A stretch of 64,000 nt of DNA from contig OZ024757.1 of assembly GCA_964016885.1 (NCBI GenBank), positions 42,098,001 through 42,162,000 on the forward strand, given 5' to 3'. Under the pieces are notes generated by a model that was given only the letters and a program-made list of their open reading frames with translations, was not told the DNA's origin and did no database searches. How positions within the stretch are numbered: position 1 is the first letter of the stretch; each line of letters begins with the position of its first letter. This document shows, in pieces, positions 1-14,120 of this stretch. The stretch is from Eledone cirrhosa (lineage: Eukaryota). The position numbers and the translations under genes were made by a program.

Positions 1-294
1 TCTTCAGTTGTGTCATAACAACCTCAATAAAGGTGGCACCATGATAGAATGCACCCAGTACACTCTGTAAATTTGTAAATTTGTTGGCATTAGGAAGGAC
101 ATCTTTGGGATGTAAATGAGATATAGGACTTGGCCTGTCTAGAAGTACAATAGCTCTGATTAAGTCTGATATATATAATTTGTCACACATACACCATCAT
201 ACATATATACACATCATCATTTGTCACACATACACACATTATACATATACTCACATATATGGTTTGTCATACATACCACAAATATGCACACAGA

Positions 295-475
295 CACATG
301 TACAGTTCTATAGTACAGTTCTAACACACACATGTACAATTCTATGGTACAGTTCTGTTGTACAATTGTTCTATGGTACAGTTCTGTCGTACAATTGTTC
401 TATGGTACAGTTCTGTCGTACAGTTGTTCTATAGTACAGTTCTGTAGTATAGTTGTTCTATAGTACAGTTCTAAC
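295..475. repeat. short tandem repeat, about 29-bp unit (tacagttctgtcgtacaattgttctatgg)
   Basis: Several imperfect copies. Confidence 0.8.
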
Positions 476-516
476 ACCAATAGACAACATCTTCAAGGTG
501 GCCTCTCTCCATTAAC

Positions 517-705
517 TAATATCGGGTGAGATAATTAGACAAACCGCACCCTAACACCCTCTCCTTTGCTGACCCTAACTGTAATATCAGGTGAGATAAT
601 TAGACAAGCCACACCCTAACACCCTCTCCTTTGCTAACCCTAACTGTAATATCAGGTGAGATAATTAGACAAGCCACGCCCTAACATCCTCTCCTTTACT
701 GACCC
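517..705. repeat. 65-bp tandem repeat x3
   Basis: taatatcaggtgagataattagac recurs at 517, 582 and 647. Confidence 0.9.
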
Positions 706-1157
706 ACTTTATCAATATTTGATTGCCGGCTTTCAAGATAATAATCAATAGAATAGGTTATCAAAACAAAAAATAAATGAATAAATATTTTAAAATAGCA
801 AGAACCTTAACTCTTTAGTATTTACATTACTCTATATATACTGTTGTATTTTGTAGGAAAGGTTTTATCTTACATAATATCGAATCTATGAGATTTTGGT
901 ATTATTTATTTTGAGAACAATATCTTAACATTAGTATGAGTGGCCGGTTATTGGCCAGTTTGAACAGAAGGAGCTGAGAGAATTCTGGCTGGATACGGCT
1001 GGTTTAAATGCTAAAGAGGAAGAACTAACCCAGTATAGGACTGGTACTCTTACTATTTTTATTAATCTTGAAAAGATGAAAGGCAAAGTTGACCTTGGCT
1101 GGTTTTGAACTCAAGGCAGAGAGAGTCAGAACAAAGACCACCACAGACTTCCACCAA

Positions 1158-1326
1158 CACTACACCTGATATTCCCCCTCCATACATACGCATATGTCTG
1201 TGTCTATATCATGACTCATACACTGTTTACTTTTCTGACATTTGTACATTATTCTATGTACTACACATGCAACTTTGATCAGTTGTAGTGCAGCTGAGCA
1301 CTGTACCCAATAATTTTCATTATTAT
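1158..1326 (+). mobile_element. 5'-truncated CR1 LINE 3' end
   Basis: Matches 13965-14120, ends in (att)n. Confidence 0.85.
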
Positions 1327-1936
1327 AAGGACCACAAAAGATTCTATCCACTGTTGTAATGGCTCTGCCAGTGTTTTCTAAGAAAGGAAACAATCAGCAA
1401 TGCTTTAGTTGAGATGTTTTCTGTTGACCACAGATTGTGTAAAAAAAAACAACCCAAGTCAACAAATTGATTCAGAAATATTACGTTCTAAATGTAGCAA
1501 ATTATTGATTTCCTAGTCAGTGATTGATAATTCCCTTCGTTAGTAAATACACTAATGACATCTTTTGATAGAATCTCCTGTCTAGAGACTAAGGCGTGCC
1601 AAACAATTATAATACACGCCTGTATATATAGTTGTTATGTTCGTGTGTGTATATGTGATACATGTCTGTGTATATGTAGAAGTGTGTATGTGTACAAATT
1701 TAGGAAAACAGCCATCATTTAACGGCTTTTCCTATATTTGTACACACACACTTCAACATATTCACATAGACATGTATCACATACAGACACAAACACAATA
1801 TGTGTGTATATATATATATATATATGATGATGATGAATTATGATAAATTGAATAAATAAAAAGACAGCCAAATGACCCTCCAATATATGTAGTTCATTTT
1901 AAAACTCACTCCCAGTTCTGTTTTTCCATCCTACAG

Positions 1937-2058
1937 TCACATGCCAACCATAAGCTCGTTCACCCTACAGGCCATTCTCACAACTCCTCCTAATCCACCT
2001 TTCAACAATCTTATAGAAGGGCAACACCTCCATCTCCACTCTAAAGTGGTATTGGAAG
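1937..2058 (-). mobile_element. degenerate Tx1/L1-like LINE ORF2 C-terminal fragment
   Basis: FQYHF-RVEMEVL..ERW..VRMAC resembles FRYHF..RMEREVL..ERWVKVARMAC at 61930-62030. Confidence 0.55.
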
Positions 2059-3250
2059 ACTTTGAGATGGAAACTTGGAAGACTTTGAGATGGAAACTTG
2101 GAAGATTTTGAGATGGAAACTTGAAAGATTTTGAGATGGAAACTTGAAAGATTTTGAGATGGAAACTTGCAAGACTTTGAGATGGAAACTTGAAAAACTT
2201 TGAGATGGAAACTTGAAAGATTTTGAGATGGAAACTTGGAAGACTTTGAGATGGAAACTTGGAAGATTTTGAGATGGAAACTTGGAAGATTTTGATATGG
2301 AAACTTGGAAGATTTTGAGATGAAAACTTGGAAGACTTTGAGATGGAAACTTGAAAGACTTTGAGATGGAAACTTGAAAGATTTTGAGATGGAAACTTGA
2401 AAGATTTTGAGATGGAAACTTGGAAGGCTTTGAGATGGAAACTTGGAAGATTTTGAGATGGAAACTTGGAAGACTTTGAGATGGAAACTTGAAACACTTT
2501 GAGATGGAAACTTGGAAGATTTTGAGATGGAAACTTGGAAGACTTTGAGATGGAAACTTGGAAGACTTTGAGATGAAAACTAGGAAGATTTTGAGATGAA
2601 AACTAGGAAGATTTTGAGATGGAAACTTGGAAGATTTTTAGATGGAAACTTGGAAGACTTTGAGATGGAAACGTGGAAGATTTTGAGATGGAAACTTGGA
2701 AGATTTTGATATGGAAACTTGGAAGATTTTGAGATGAAAACTAGGAAGACTTTGAGATGGAAACTTGAAAGACTTTGAGATGGAAACTTGAAAGATTTTG
2801 AGATGGAAACTTGAAAGATTTTGAGATGGAAACTTGGAAGACTTTGAGATGGAAACTTGGAAGATTTTGAGATGGAAACTTGGAAGACTTTGAGATGGAA
2901 ACTTGAAAGACTTTGAGATGGAAACATGGAAGATTTTGAGATGGAAACTTGGAAGACTTTGAGATGGAAACTTGGAAGACTTTGAGATGGAAACTTGGAA
3001 GACTTTGAGATGAAAACTAGGAAGATTTTGAGATGAAAACTAGGAAGATTTTGAGATGGAAACTTGGAAGATTTTTAGATGGAAACTTGGAAGACTTTGA
3101 GATGGAAACGTGGAAGATTTTGAGATGGAAACTAGGAAGATTTTGATATGGAAACTTGGAAGACTTTGAGATGGAAACGTGGAAGATTTTGAGATGGAAA
3201 CTTGGAAGATTTTGAGATGAAAACTAGGAAAATTTTGAGATGGAAACTTG
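2053..3250. repeat. 23-bp minisatellite (ggaagactttgagatggaaactt), about 52 copies
   Basis: Direct tandem repeat; gives the 23-aa periodic ORFs. Confidence 0.97.
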
Positions 3251-3534
3251 ATAAAAACAAAATTAAAATAATTTTTTTTTTAATGAAAAAACAAACAAAC
3301 AAGCCCACCTAAGTTGGGATGGAAGAAGGAAAAAAAAAAAGAAAATGTAGTTTGGTTTGAAAAAATAGAAAAACTTTTTCTCCTACCATAATTCTACCTT
3401 TTATGCTGACCATACAAAAGAATGCTATGCTATGCTATGCCGATTAAAACACAGTCTGACTGTTTAAAGTTATCAATCCTGTTAATATAAGACCATTCTT
3501 TGGTGTGGCTCCCGTTTGTTGTTAAGTGAGGGCA

Positions 3535-3845
3535 AGTGGTGGTGGTGGTGATGATGGGGGGGGGGGTGATGATGGTGGTGGTGGTGGTAATGATGGGGTG
3601 ATGCGGTGGTGGTGGTGATGATAATGATGATGATGGGGTGGTGGTGATGATGATGGGGTGGTGGTGTTGATGATGATGGTGGTGGTGATGATGATGGGGT
3701 GGTGGTGATGGTGATGATGATGATAGGGTGGTGATGATGGTGGTGGTGGTGGTGGTGATGATGATGGGGTGGTGGTGATGATGATGGGTGGTGGTGGTGA
3801 TGATGATGGGGTGGTGATGGTGATGATGGTGGGGTGGTGATGATG
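3535..3845. repeat. (GGT/GAT)n trinucleotide low-complexity tract
   Basis: Seen directly. Confidence 0.95.
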
Positions 3846-3917
3846 AAGATCACAATCATAATCGTGAGAAAAACAAAAATTATGTGAAACTATTACGTCA
3901 AACAATTTATAAAACTG

Positions 3918-4162
3918 CTAACAACAGCAGCAGCAACAACAACTGCAACAGTAACAACAACAACAACAGCAACAACTGCAACAGTAACAACAACAACAAC
4001 TGCAACAGTAACAACAACGGCAACAGCAACAACAACAACTACAACAGTAACAACAACAACAACTGCAACAGTAACAACAACAGCAACAACAACAACTGCA
4101 ACAGTAACAACAACAGCAACAACAACAACTGCAACAGTAACAACAACAGCAGCAACAGCAAC
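3918..4162. repeat. (AAC)n-based compound microsatellite
   Basis: Seen directly. Confidence 0.95.
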
Positions 4163-4264
4163 TGAAATACCAATTGTAAATTGGTTTGTTAACATAACTG
4201 GTTACTTCTTTCTATATATATATGTGCACTACACACACACATAAAGATGGCCGACTAAATATAC

Positions 4265-4445
4265 ACGTGTGCTTTTTTCATCAATTTTCCCTGTTCCTTC
4301 CTCTCATCACTCTTTACTTTCTATTTATCTTCTGATGAAGGACTAGTGTCCAAAACGTTAAGACTGTCTTCCTGCTACTTCAAGCGTTAAACTAATATAT
4401 TTCTTCCATGTACTGTGGCATTTGTTTTGTTATTTCTGTTTACCT
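4265..4445 (+). mobile_element. Penelope-like terminal remnant with degenerate minimal hammerhead motif
   Basis: CTGATGAAGGACtagtGTCCAAAACGTT; homologous copy at 59450-59612. Confidence 0.55.
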
Positions 4446-4449
4446 TTTG

Positions 4450-4516
<67 letters not shown>

Positions 4517-4850
4517 ATATGTGTATATATACATACACAGATGATGTATTAAAAGTCTTACTTGCAATTTTCCTTGTATGTAGTTCATTGTTCTTGAAAC
4601 AAAGCAGGTATTTGCAGAAGAAGAAAGAAAGAAAAGAAAAATAAGTGTAACAACAACATTAATAATAATAAAAACAATAATGATTTCTAGTATACGCACA
4701 AGGCCAGCAATTTGGGGAGGAGGGAAAGTCAATTTAATCAACCCCTGTGTATTACTGGTGCTTTATTTATTGACCCCGTATTAATGCACCTTTGATAAGT
4801 TCTAGTGCACCTGAGCACTGTACATAATAATTTCCATTATTATTATTATT

Positions 4851-4995
4851 GCGCTTTACGTTCTGAGTTCAAATCCTGCTGAGGTTAGCTTTGCCCTTCA
4901 TCCTTACGGGGTCGATAAAATAAAGTACCAGTAATACACTGGGTAATTGCTGGCCTTGTGCCAAAAGTAGAAACAATTATTATTATTTTTATTAT
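4851..4995 (+). mobile_element. tRNA-related SINE (abundant family)
   Basis: B-box GAGTTCAAATCC, core tttgcccttcatcc..ggtcgataaaataaagtaccag, (att)n tail. Other copies near 1025-1135, 4675-4778, 14810-15090 (x2), 23628-23785, 26475-26620, 38170-38345, 47178-47390 (all minus) and 56705-56860 (plus). Confidence 0.8.
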
Positions 4996-5739
4996 TATCA
5001 TCATCATCATCATCATCAAATAACAATGGTAATTATTGTCAGGATATATAAGAATATGGTAAAGTCATCATTTAAGAAGAGAATTTGTAAACCGGAGCGG
5101 AAGATGTACAGAGAAACCGAGAGCTTGCCATTTGTCTTGAAAACGTCAGAGGAAGTAAAGAAACCAAAATAGGTTTATGGTAAACAAACAAAAGGCAGGA
5201 TGGGAGGAAATGTAACAGAATATCTCTCAACAATTGCATTATGTCAAAACATTTTCTCAAAAAAATGTAATCAAGTCTTTTCCTCGTTTTCAAGTATTTA
5301 GGGGAAGAATGTATTGCTGGTTTTTCTTTATTAATACCCAAACTTGATCTACAGACAGAGTGTTGACAAAAGTAGTTGGATATTGAACTAAATCTGTGTA
5401 TATATGTGTGTATATATGATATAGGTGTGTATGTATAATATAGGTGGTGAGAGCTGACCACAACCTTTTTTTTCTTGTATAGGAGGGCAGGTAATGGTCA
5501 TAGGTATAGCTCCTGCCAAAAATACCTGACCAATAAAAATACATTTTAAGCAACATCATAATAATAAGGATAATAATAATAATGATAATGATGATGATGA
5601 TGATAATTTCTTTATTGGTCAATAATAATAATAATAATAATAAGTGTTGTTGTTGTTGTTGTAGCTATCTGTTGTCAAGGTTATTCAGTAACAACATCTG
5701 AACACAGCAGTTATTTAAATCAAGTGTTAGTGGGAGCAT

Positions 5740-7915
5740 ACAGTGTGAACACCCTAACACACACACATAGAACTATATACACACAGTGTGAACATCCTAA
5801 CACACACATATAGAACTATATACACACAGTGTGAACATCCTAACACACACATATAGAACTATATACACACAGTGTGAACATCCTAACACACACACATAGA
5901 ACTATATACACACAGTGTGAAACACCCTAACACACACATATAGAACTATATACACACAGTGTGAACACCCTAACACACACACATATAGAACTAAATACAC
6001 ACAGTGTGAACCTAACACACACATATAGAACTATATACACATAGTGTGAACACCCTAACACACACACATATAGAACTATATACACACAGTGTGAACACCC
6101 TAATACACACACATAGAACTATATACACACAGTGTGAACACCCTAACACACACATATAGAACTATATACACACAGTGTGAACACACTAACACACACACAT
6201 ATAGAACTATATACACACAGTGTGAACACCCTAACACACACATATATAGAACTATAGATACATACAGTGTGAACACCCTAACACACACATATAGAACTAT
6301 ATACACACAGTGTGAACACCCTAACACACACATATAGAACTATCTACATACAGTGTGAACACTCTAACACACACATATAGAACTATATACACACAGTGTG
6401 AACACCCTAACACACACACATATAGAACTATATACACACAGTGTGAACACCCTAACACACACATATAGAACTATATACACACAGTGTGAACACCCTAACA
6501 CACACACATATAGAACTATATACACACAGTGTGAACACACACATATAGAACTATATACACACAGTGTGAACACCCTAACACACACATATAGAACTATCTA
6601 CATACAGTGTGAACACCCTAACACACATATATAGAACTATATACACACAGTGTGAACACCCTAACACACACATATAGAACTATATACACACAGTGTGAAC
6701 ACCCTAACACACACACATATAGAACTATATACACACAGTGTGAACACACACATATAGAACTCATGCTTCCCAAAATACGCCAAAACTACACCTGATGTAC
6801 CCCTTCCATACACATGCACACATGTGTGTATCATGACTCGTGCACTGTTCATTTTACTGATGTTTGTGCATTGCCCTATGTACTGTACATGCACTTTTTT
6901 GATGAGTTGTGGTGCACCTGGGCACTGTGCACAATATTTCGTTATTGTTATTATATCATGACTCATACACTGTTTATTTTCCTGACATTTGTACATTATT
7001 CTATGTACTATACATGCACCTTTGATGAGTTGTAGTGCACCTGAGCACTGTACACAATAATTTCATTATTATTATTATTATTATTATTATATACACACAG
7101 TGTGAACACCCTAACACACACATATAGAACTATATACACACAGTGTGAACACCCTAACACACATATATAGAACTATATACACACAGTGTGAACACCCTAA
7201 CACACACATATAGAACTATATACACACAGTGTGAACACCCTAACACACACATATAGAACTATATACACACAGTGTGAACACCCTAACACACACATATAGA
7301 ACTATATACATACAGTGTGAACACCCTAACACACACATATAGAACTATATACACACAGTGTGAACACCCTAACACACACACATATAGAACTACATACACA
7401 CAGTGTGAACACCCTAACACACACATATAGAACTATATACACATAGTGTGAACACCCTAACACACAGATATATAGAACTATATACACACAGTGTGAACAC
7501 CCTAACACACATATATAGAACTACATACACACAGTGTGAACACCCTAACACACACATATAGAACTATATACACACAGTGTGAACACCCTAACACACACAT
7601 ATATAGAACTATATACACACAGTGTGAACACCCTAACACACATATATAGAACTATATACACACAGTGTGAACACCCTAACACACACATATAGAACTATAT
7701 ACACACAGTGTGAACACCCTAACACACATATATAGAACTATATACACACAGTGTGAACACCCTAACACACACATATAGAACTATATACACACAGTGTGAA
7801 CACCCTAACATACACATATAGAACTATATACACACAGTGTGAACACCCTAACACACATATATAGAACTATATACACACAGTGTGAACACCCTAACACACA
7901 CATATAGAACTATAG
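5740..7915. repeat. about 43-bp minisatellite (gtgtgaacaccctaacacacacatatagaactatatacacaca)
   Basis: Tandem array, interrupted at about 6761-7088. Confidence 0.97.
6761..7088 (+). mobile_element. two head-to-tail CR1 3' ends inserted in the minisatellite
   Basis: Both match 13950-14120 (gatgagttgtagtgcacctgagcactgtacacaat) and end in (tta)n. Confidence 0.88.
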
Positions 7916-8087
7916 ATACATACAGTATGAAACACACACATATACATATAGAACTATATATACATATACAAAGTTAGATACACACATACATACAGTGTAA
8001 AACACTGAAACATATATACAGAACTGTACATACACACACACACCATATACATACAGAGTTATATATACACACTCTCCCCATATATAT

Positions 8088-8188
8088 AGAGTGTCCCCCC
8101 AAAATGTATATACACTTTGATTACCTGTACAGGCAATATTTATTAGAATGCTGTTGAAGTGTGTATACATTTTTGGCAACACCCTGCA
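8088..8188. mobile_element. Tc1/mariner-type MITE
   Basis: Degenerate CAGGGTGTCCC TIRs in TA context; related copy at 27620-27800. Confidence 0.7.
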
Positions 8189-8460
8189 TATATATATATA
8201 TGTTTCATACACCATTGGTTTCAGGTCCCAGTCTTGGCCACTGTCCACCTGCCTGAATGAAGGGCCAGTTTAAAACTTCCTCCACCATTTTACAGTGGTG
8301 GCCACGAGTGGACCATGAAACCATTGGTAGCACATGTTAAGTGTATGAAACTTTGTTTACACAAGCAAGGAAAAGCGGACGTAAAATGATGATATATATA
8401 TGCAAATGGATGAATACTCACATACACTTGCATATACATTTACATACTGGTACACACACT

Positions 8461-8514
<54 letters not shown>

Positions 8515-8591
8515 CTGGTTCACACACATTTATAGATAATAATAAACCAGTTAGTTCCTTTTGTTCAGAACTCAATCACTTCTATTCTCTC

Positions 8592-8632
<41 letters not shown>

Positions 8633-9064
8633 CTGGCTCTCTCTATATATATATATATCTGACTGGCTCTGTCTCCCTCTCTCTCTCTCTATATATATAT
8701 ATGACTGACTGTCTTTTTCTCTTCCCTCCTCTCTCTTTCACTATCTCTATATCTGTTACTTCTCACCCCTCCCTCTCTCTCTCCAACCTTACCTTCTCTA
8801 CTGTTGCCAGGCTGTATAAGATGTGATTTTTACCCAGAATACCTCACGTCACTGTGATGGTGGCTAAGTACAATATTGTACAACCACCACTACCATCACC
8901 ACCACCACCAACACCATACTAAAACTAAAAAGACCAACTGAGGGCACAAATACATTATTGCAGGCCCTTCCCCGCTGTGGCAATCACCCCCCCCCCCCCC
9001 GCGCCTTAAATCCGGCCCTGGCCACGAATCCTTTGGGGTTACACAACAATTATGTAAACAAAAC

Positions 9065-9260
9065 ACACGCACAGTGGTTCTCTCACACACACAGTGGTTC
9101 ACATATACATACACACACAATGGCTCTCACACACACAGTGGTTCACATATACATACACACACAATGGCTCTCACACACAGTGGTTCACATATACATACAC
9201 ACACAGTGGTTCACATATACATACACACACAATGGCTCTCACACACACAGTGGTTCACAA
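9065..9260. repeat. CA-rich tandem repeat (acacacagtggttcacatatacat)
   Basis: Seen directly. Confidence 0.85.
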
Positions 9261-11259
9261 GTCGTTGCACAACATATAATACAAGGGAGGTTATTCTTTA
9301 TAGTTTCTTTTTCATCAACTGGAAAATGAACAGCATTTTCTGTCCACAGCTGCACAACATATACCCCAGACTGTTGTACATATATGCCAGACTGTAGTAC
9401 ATAGAGCCCTGACTAAAACTGGTTGGGTTTTGTGAGGGAGAAACCTGGCAGACATGAACGTGGCCTCACCTGAGAGCAGGCCCATGACAAGGGTTGCTAC
9501 CAGGTAGAATAGAGATCTCATCAATCACTCAATGCTACATAAGGGAGCAAAAGGAACTAAAAATGAAGTGATAGGCGGTAGGTGAGTTAGTTTGTATGGA
9601 CCAATTTTAGGGGGCCTACTTCTACTTAGATTCGATATTATGTGAGATAATTATCTATGAGATTTTGATATTATTTATTTTGAGAACGATACCTTAACAT
9701 CAGTATGAGTGGCCAGTTACAGCCGATTTGAACAGAAAGAGGTGAAAGAATTCTGGCTGGTTTAAATGCTAAAGGGTTAAACTGGTATCAGTACTTGGGT
9801 TATGGTGTCTTGATTTTGCCATACTTGCTTTTGGTGACAATAATCATTTGGGGAGCTACAGCAGCATCATTAAAACGTGGGTGTAAAACACAAGAGGAGA
9901 TCATACTCAATAACTAGTTGACATATAGTTATATTTATATGAACATAATTATTTGTGTGTACATATGTGTCTGTGTAAGTGTATGTGTGTGTAATTGAAA
10001 TAACAAACTACTCACCAAATGGTTGTATGTTCAGATCCTTCTGTTAATGGGTTTGAGGTTTTGGACAAGATTTTTTACTTTCTTTTTATCACAGTTCAAC
10101 TTTAAAAAATAATATATATGCTATTCCTATTTCACTGCTCACTGTTCTAGTATGTTGAATCAAGAGGAGTATCTATCATTAGAACCCACCTACTTTACAA
10201 ATATATTAAATTTACAGAACCATCAAACCCTCATAAACTTAGAAAAAAAGATTTATGTAAAAATAAATAAATTTATAAATTATTTAACTAATAATTAACA
10301 TATAAATTAGATTTATGTAAAATAAATAAATTAATTAACTAATAATTAATATATAAACCATAAAATAGAATATATTTCAGGGGTTTAGGAGATGTTTCAC
10401 ATCCTTGTGTTAACACAAAGACTAAGATATCCGTTTTGTTAATAAAGCCTCGACCCAGAGTCAAGTTCTGTTATCAAGGTAGCTATTATTATCATAATTT
10501 CACTGTGATGTGTTCAATGATATGTCTTCACCCCAACACCAACCCCACTCCCTCCATTCCCAATAGAAAAATATTTCATATGTCTAGACACAGAATGTTT
10601 CAACTACATACAGGGATAGTCATTAGTGGCTGAAAAAAGAAAAAACACAAAAACCAACAGAGGGAAGAGAGAGAGAGACGATGGGGGAGGGGAGAAAGGG
10701 TTGAAGAAGATTCATACCTAAATAGATAGCTATGACAATAGACCACCACCCCCTGTATAATTACTCCAACCTTCACAGTGTTTCTCCACCGGAACCTACA
10801 CTTATTTGAACCCCCAACCCTCAGCCACCCCACACAACCACCGACTCCTCACTCAAGTTCAAGTTAAAATTCCTTTCCAAAGATGTTAATTATTATTATT
10901 ATTATATTCGTTTGCTTTTTCTGTCTTTTTTGTCTTTGTATTTCCTTTGTTATCAATGTTGTTGTTGTTGTAGTTGTTATGTAACATATTTAAGATCCCT
11001 TCTTCGTTGTTTTCTAGTTAGTTGATTCATAACATCAGTTAGAAATATTTCATGATACACGCACAACACTAGAGAGAGTAGCAATAGAAATAATTACTGT
11101 TGAATGTCCCTCTGTCCTTCCATACTAAGGCATTTCAATGATGAGCAAATAGATAGTTTTAGAATGATAGACAGACAGACAGATAAGTAAATAGCTCTGG
11201 TTAGCTTTACAGTTATGTATATATATATATATATGTATATATATAAATATATATCTAGC

Positions 11260-11442
11260 CCAAACTGTAAAGTGGATGTGTAAAAGACACGGCAAAAAGC
11301 ACCCAGGGCATCCAGCCAGAAACACTCCTATATGAGTGAGACACGGTCACCCGACTTAACTTGCCTCTAAATGGGACAAACCAGTCTAACCCATGCTAGC
11401 GTGGAAGATAGATGTTAATTGATGATGATGATGATGATGATG
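11260..11442 (+). mobile_element. SINE with RTE-type 3' tail and (GAT)n end
   Basis: cccatgctagcgtggaa..gttaa(tga)n. Other copies near 14260-14350, 15670-15850, 36645-36790, 47010-47155 (minus) and 36930-37100, 51170-51358 (plus). Confidence 0.7.
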
Positions 11443-11599
11443 ACTTAGGGATTGTAACATCAAGTTACTGTAGGTTCAGCAAAGTGAGCACTCGATGTGT
11501 AGTTTCCAGTTGTGGACTTTGGGGTTGTACTAAGCAGAGTGTATTTTATATATATATATTCCTTGCTTTGATTTGAACGAATCACAAGAAGAAGATTTT

Positions 11600-14120
11600 T
11601 TTGTGACATACATATGACCATGTCAACACTTAGTGTTGTTTATCGGCCCCCAAACTACCATCAGGACACACAGCTTTGCGATATCCTCAGAGCTGCTGCC
11701 AGGAAAACAGCCACTTATGTGTTTATTGCAGGTGACTTCAATCATCCTGATATCGATTGGGAAACCTTTCGTTGGCCACAAAGTGCAAACGATTTCCTTG
11801 AGCTAGTGCTGGACTCAAACTGGTCACAAGTAGTCACCTCTCCAACAAGAGGTGACAACACTTTGGACCTGTTCTTCACCACTACTCCTGAAGTGGTTAT
11901 CAGTTGTACTACTGAGGAACCTCTAGGCGACTCTGATCATGCTATGATCATTGCCAATCTGGCTCTTGCGGGCAGCAACAAAAACCAGAACCATCTCCAA
12001 TCTGTTTGCTTTGATTGGAAGAAAGCAGATTGGAACTTGTACTGCACTGAGCTACAGCGCCCAAACTGGCATGAGTTCTATAACTCTGGAGATGTAAACA
12101 CTATACTCCAGAGCATCCTGGACTCAATATGGATAGCATGTGCAGCATTGGTGCCACGTAAGCAGAAAAAAACCCCACCCCAGAAGTGCAATTTGGGAAA
12201 CTTCAGTGGTCCGACTTGCCAAGAAAGAACGTTGGAACGCTGAACGGGAATATAAACTGCATAAATCAGATGCCAACAGAAAAAAGCGGAATAAATCTTC
12301 CAACCATCTCAAGCAAGTGACAAAAAAGGCAGTGCTTGAATTTGAACAGTGCATAGCAACCAATCCTGACAGTAAGGTGTTCTGGAAATATGTTCATTAA
12401 AAGCAGAGACCTCACTCTCCAGTTGGTCCTCTTCGCAATCCCCACACAAGTCAGATCACTGACGATCCCAAAGAATGCGCAGAACTCATTGCTGAGTGCT
12501 ACGCAAGCATTTTTACTGTTGAAAACCAGAATGTACCATCTCCACCATCAAATTCCATAACTACTATGGAATTTACACCTGCAATGTTGCGATGTCACCT
12601 TAAGAATAAGCACAACTATGCCTCTCCTGGTCTTGATGGTGTTACATACCTGCTTCTCAAACATGGCGGGTACTTCCTTTTGCACCAGCTTTCTTTCTTC
12701 TTTCAATACTGTCTCAACAATGGTGCTACTCAGGAGCAGTGGAAAACTGCCAGTGTCATTCCCCTTTCAAAAAGGGCGACCGCACGTCACCTGTCAGTCT
12801 TACTAGCTGGATTGCCAAACTGATGGAATCCTGTGTCAGAGAAACACTTTGGAACTTCAGGAGCTCTCACAATTTGGATTTATCCCTAACTCCAGCTGCT
12901 GTGATCAGCTTATCGAGTTCCTTGAAGACAGTACCCGGATCACTGACAGCGGCTCATGGGTGGATGTTGTTTACCTTGACTTCGCTAAGGCTTTTAATTC
13001 TGTGCCACACAAAAGACTTATGGCAAAACTCTCTGCATTGGGTGTGAGGGATGTTCTTTTTAACTGGTTGAAATCCTTCATTCTCAGCCGAAAAGAGGTA
13101 GTCACGGTTCTAGGACAGCATTCTTCACCATATGAGATATCATCTGGTGTACCACAGGGATCTGTTCTTGGTCCCCTTTTGTTTGTGGCATATATTAATG
13201 ACATAAATACCATGGTACTGAAATATGCAGATGACATCAAGCTGTACCTTGAACTCAAAAGGACTGATCCTGAAATCTACAACTCTTTCCTACAATCAGA
13301 CCTGGACACAATGCAGCAATGGATCACAGACTGGCTGTGGACAAGTGTACCACTATGCATTTTGGGAGGAAAAATCCAGCGTCCACATACTCCCTCCACA
13401 ACACTGATATCAAGAAGTCCTCTTGTGAACGTGACCTGGGCATTACTGTCAGCAGCGATTTGCGTTGGACAAAGCATGTCTCTAAGATTGTCAAGAAGGC
13501 CGAGGGTGTCTTGGCATCACTCAGCAAGACCTTTGTTAGCCGCTCTCCAGCCATCTATTTAAAGCTGTATACAGCTATGGTACGACCACACTTGGAATTC
13601 GCATCATCAGTCTGGAACCCCTATCTTGCTCAGAACATTGACCTCCTGGAAACTGTTCAGAGACGTGCAACCAAGCGCATACCCTCCATCAGACACCTTG
13701 CTTCCCTGGGCATGGATTCATTGAAACTCCGACGTCTGGCAACGGACTTGGTAATCACCCACAAAGTTATTAACCATCTCGCCAACAACAACACTGAGAA
13801 TTTTTTTATCTCCATGTGTCTAACACACGTGGACATGCCTACAAAATCAGAAAACATAGTTCCCATGACTTTCGGAAACATTTTTTCACGCTTAGAATTA
13901 CTGAAGCATGGAACAAACTGCCTGCGTCAGTTGTTAGCTGCCGAGACACTGCATCCTCCAAAACTAAACCTGATGTACCCCTTCCATACACATGCACACG
14001 TGTATATCATGACTATGCACTGTTCATTTTCCTGACGTTTGTGCATTACCCTATGTACTATACATACACTTTTGATGAGTTGTAGTGCACCTGAGCACTG
14101 TACACAATATTTTATTATTA
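11600..14120 (+). mobile_element. CR1-clade LINE ORF2 (APE endonuclease plus RT), frameshifted, 5'-truncated
   Basis: GDFNHPDIDW, PTRGDNTLDL, LGDSDH, YLDFAKAF, GVPQGSVLGP, YADDIKL, VRPHLEF..VWNPY, TRGHAYK, WNKLP spread over several frames. Confidence 0.95.

Noticed and set aside
1937-4195. FQVSISK, poly-His and poly-Asn ORFs
   Set aside because: Products of mini- and microsatellites
5740-7915. CCCTAA in each unit as an interstitial telomere
   Set aside because: One hexamer per unit, never tandem
10016-10099. Exon-like segment on the minus strand (aag ... gtgagt)
   Set aside because: Stops in all three frames and no partner exons found; could only be non-coding
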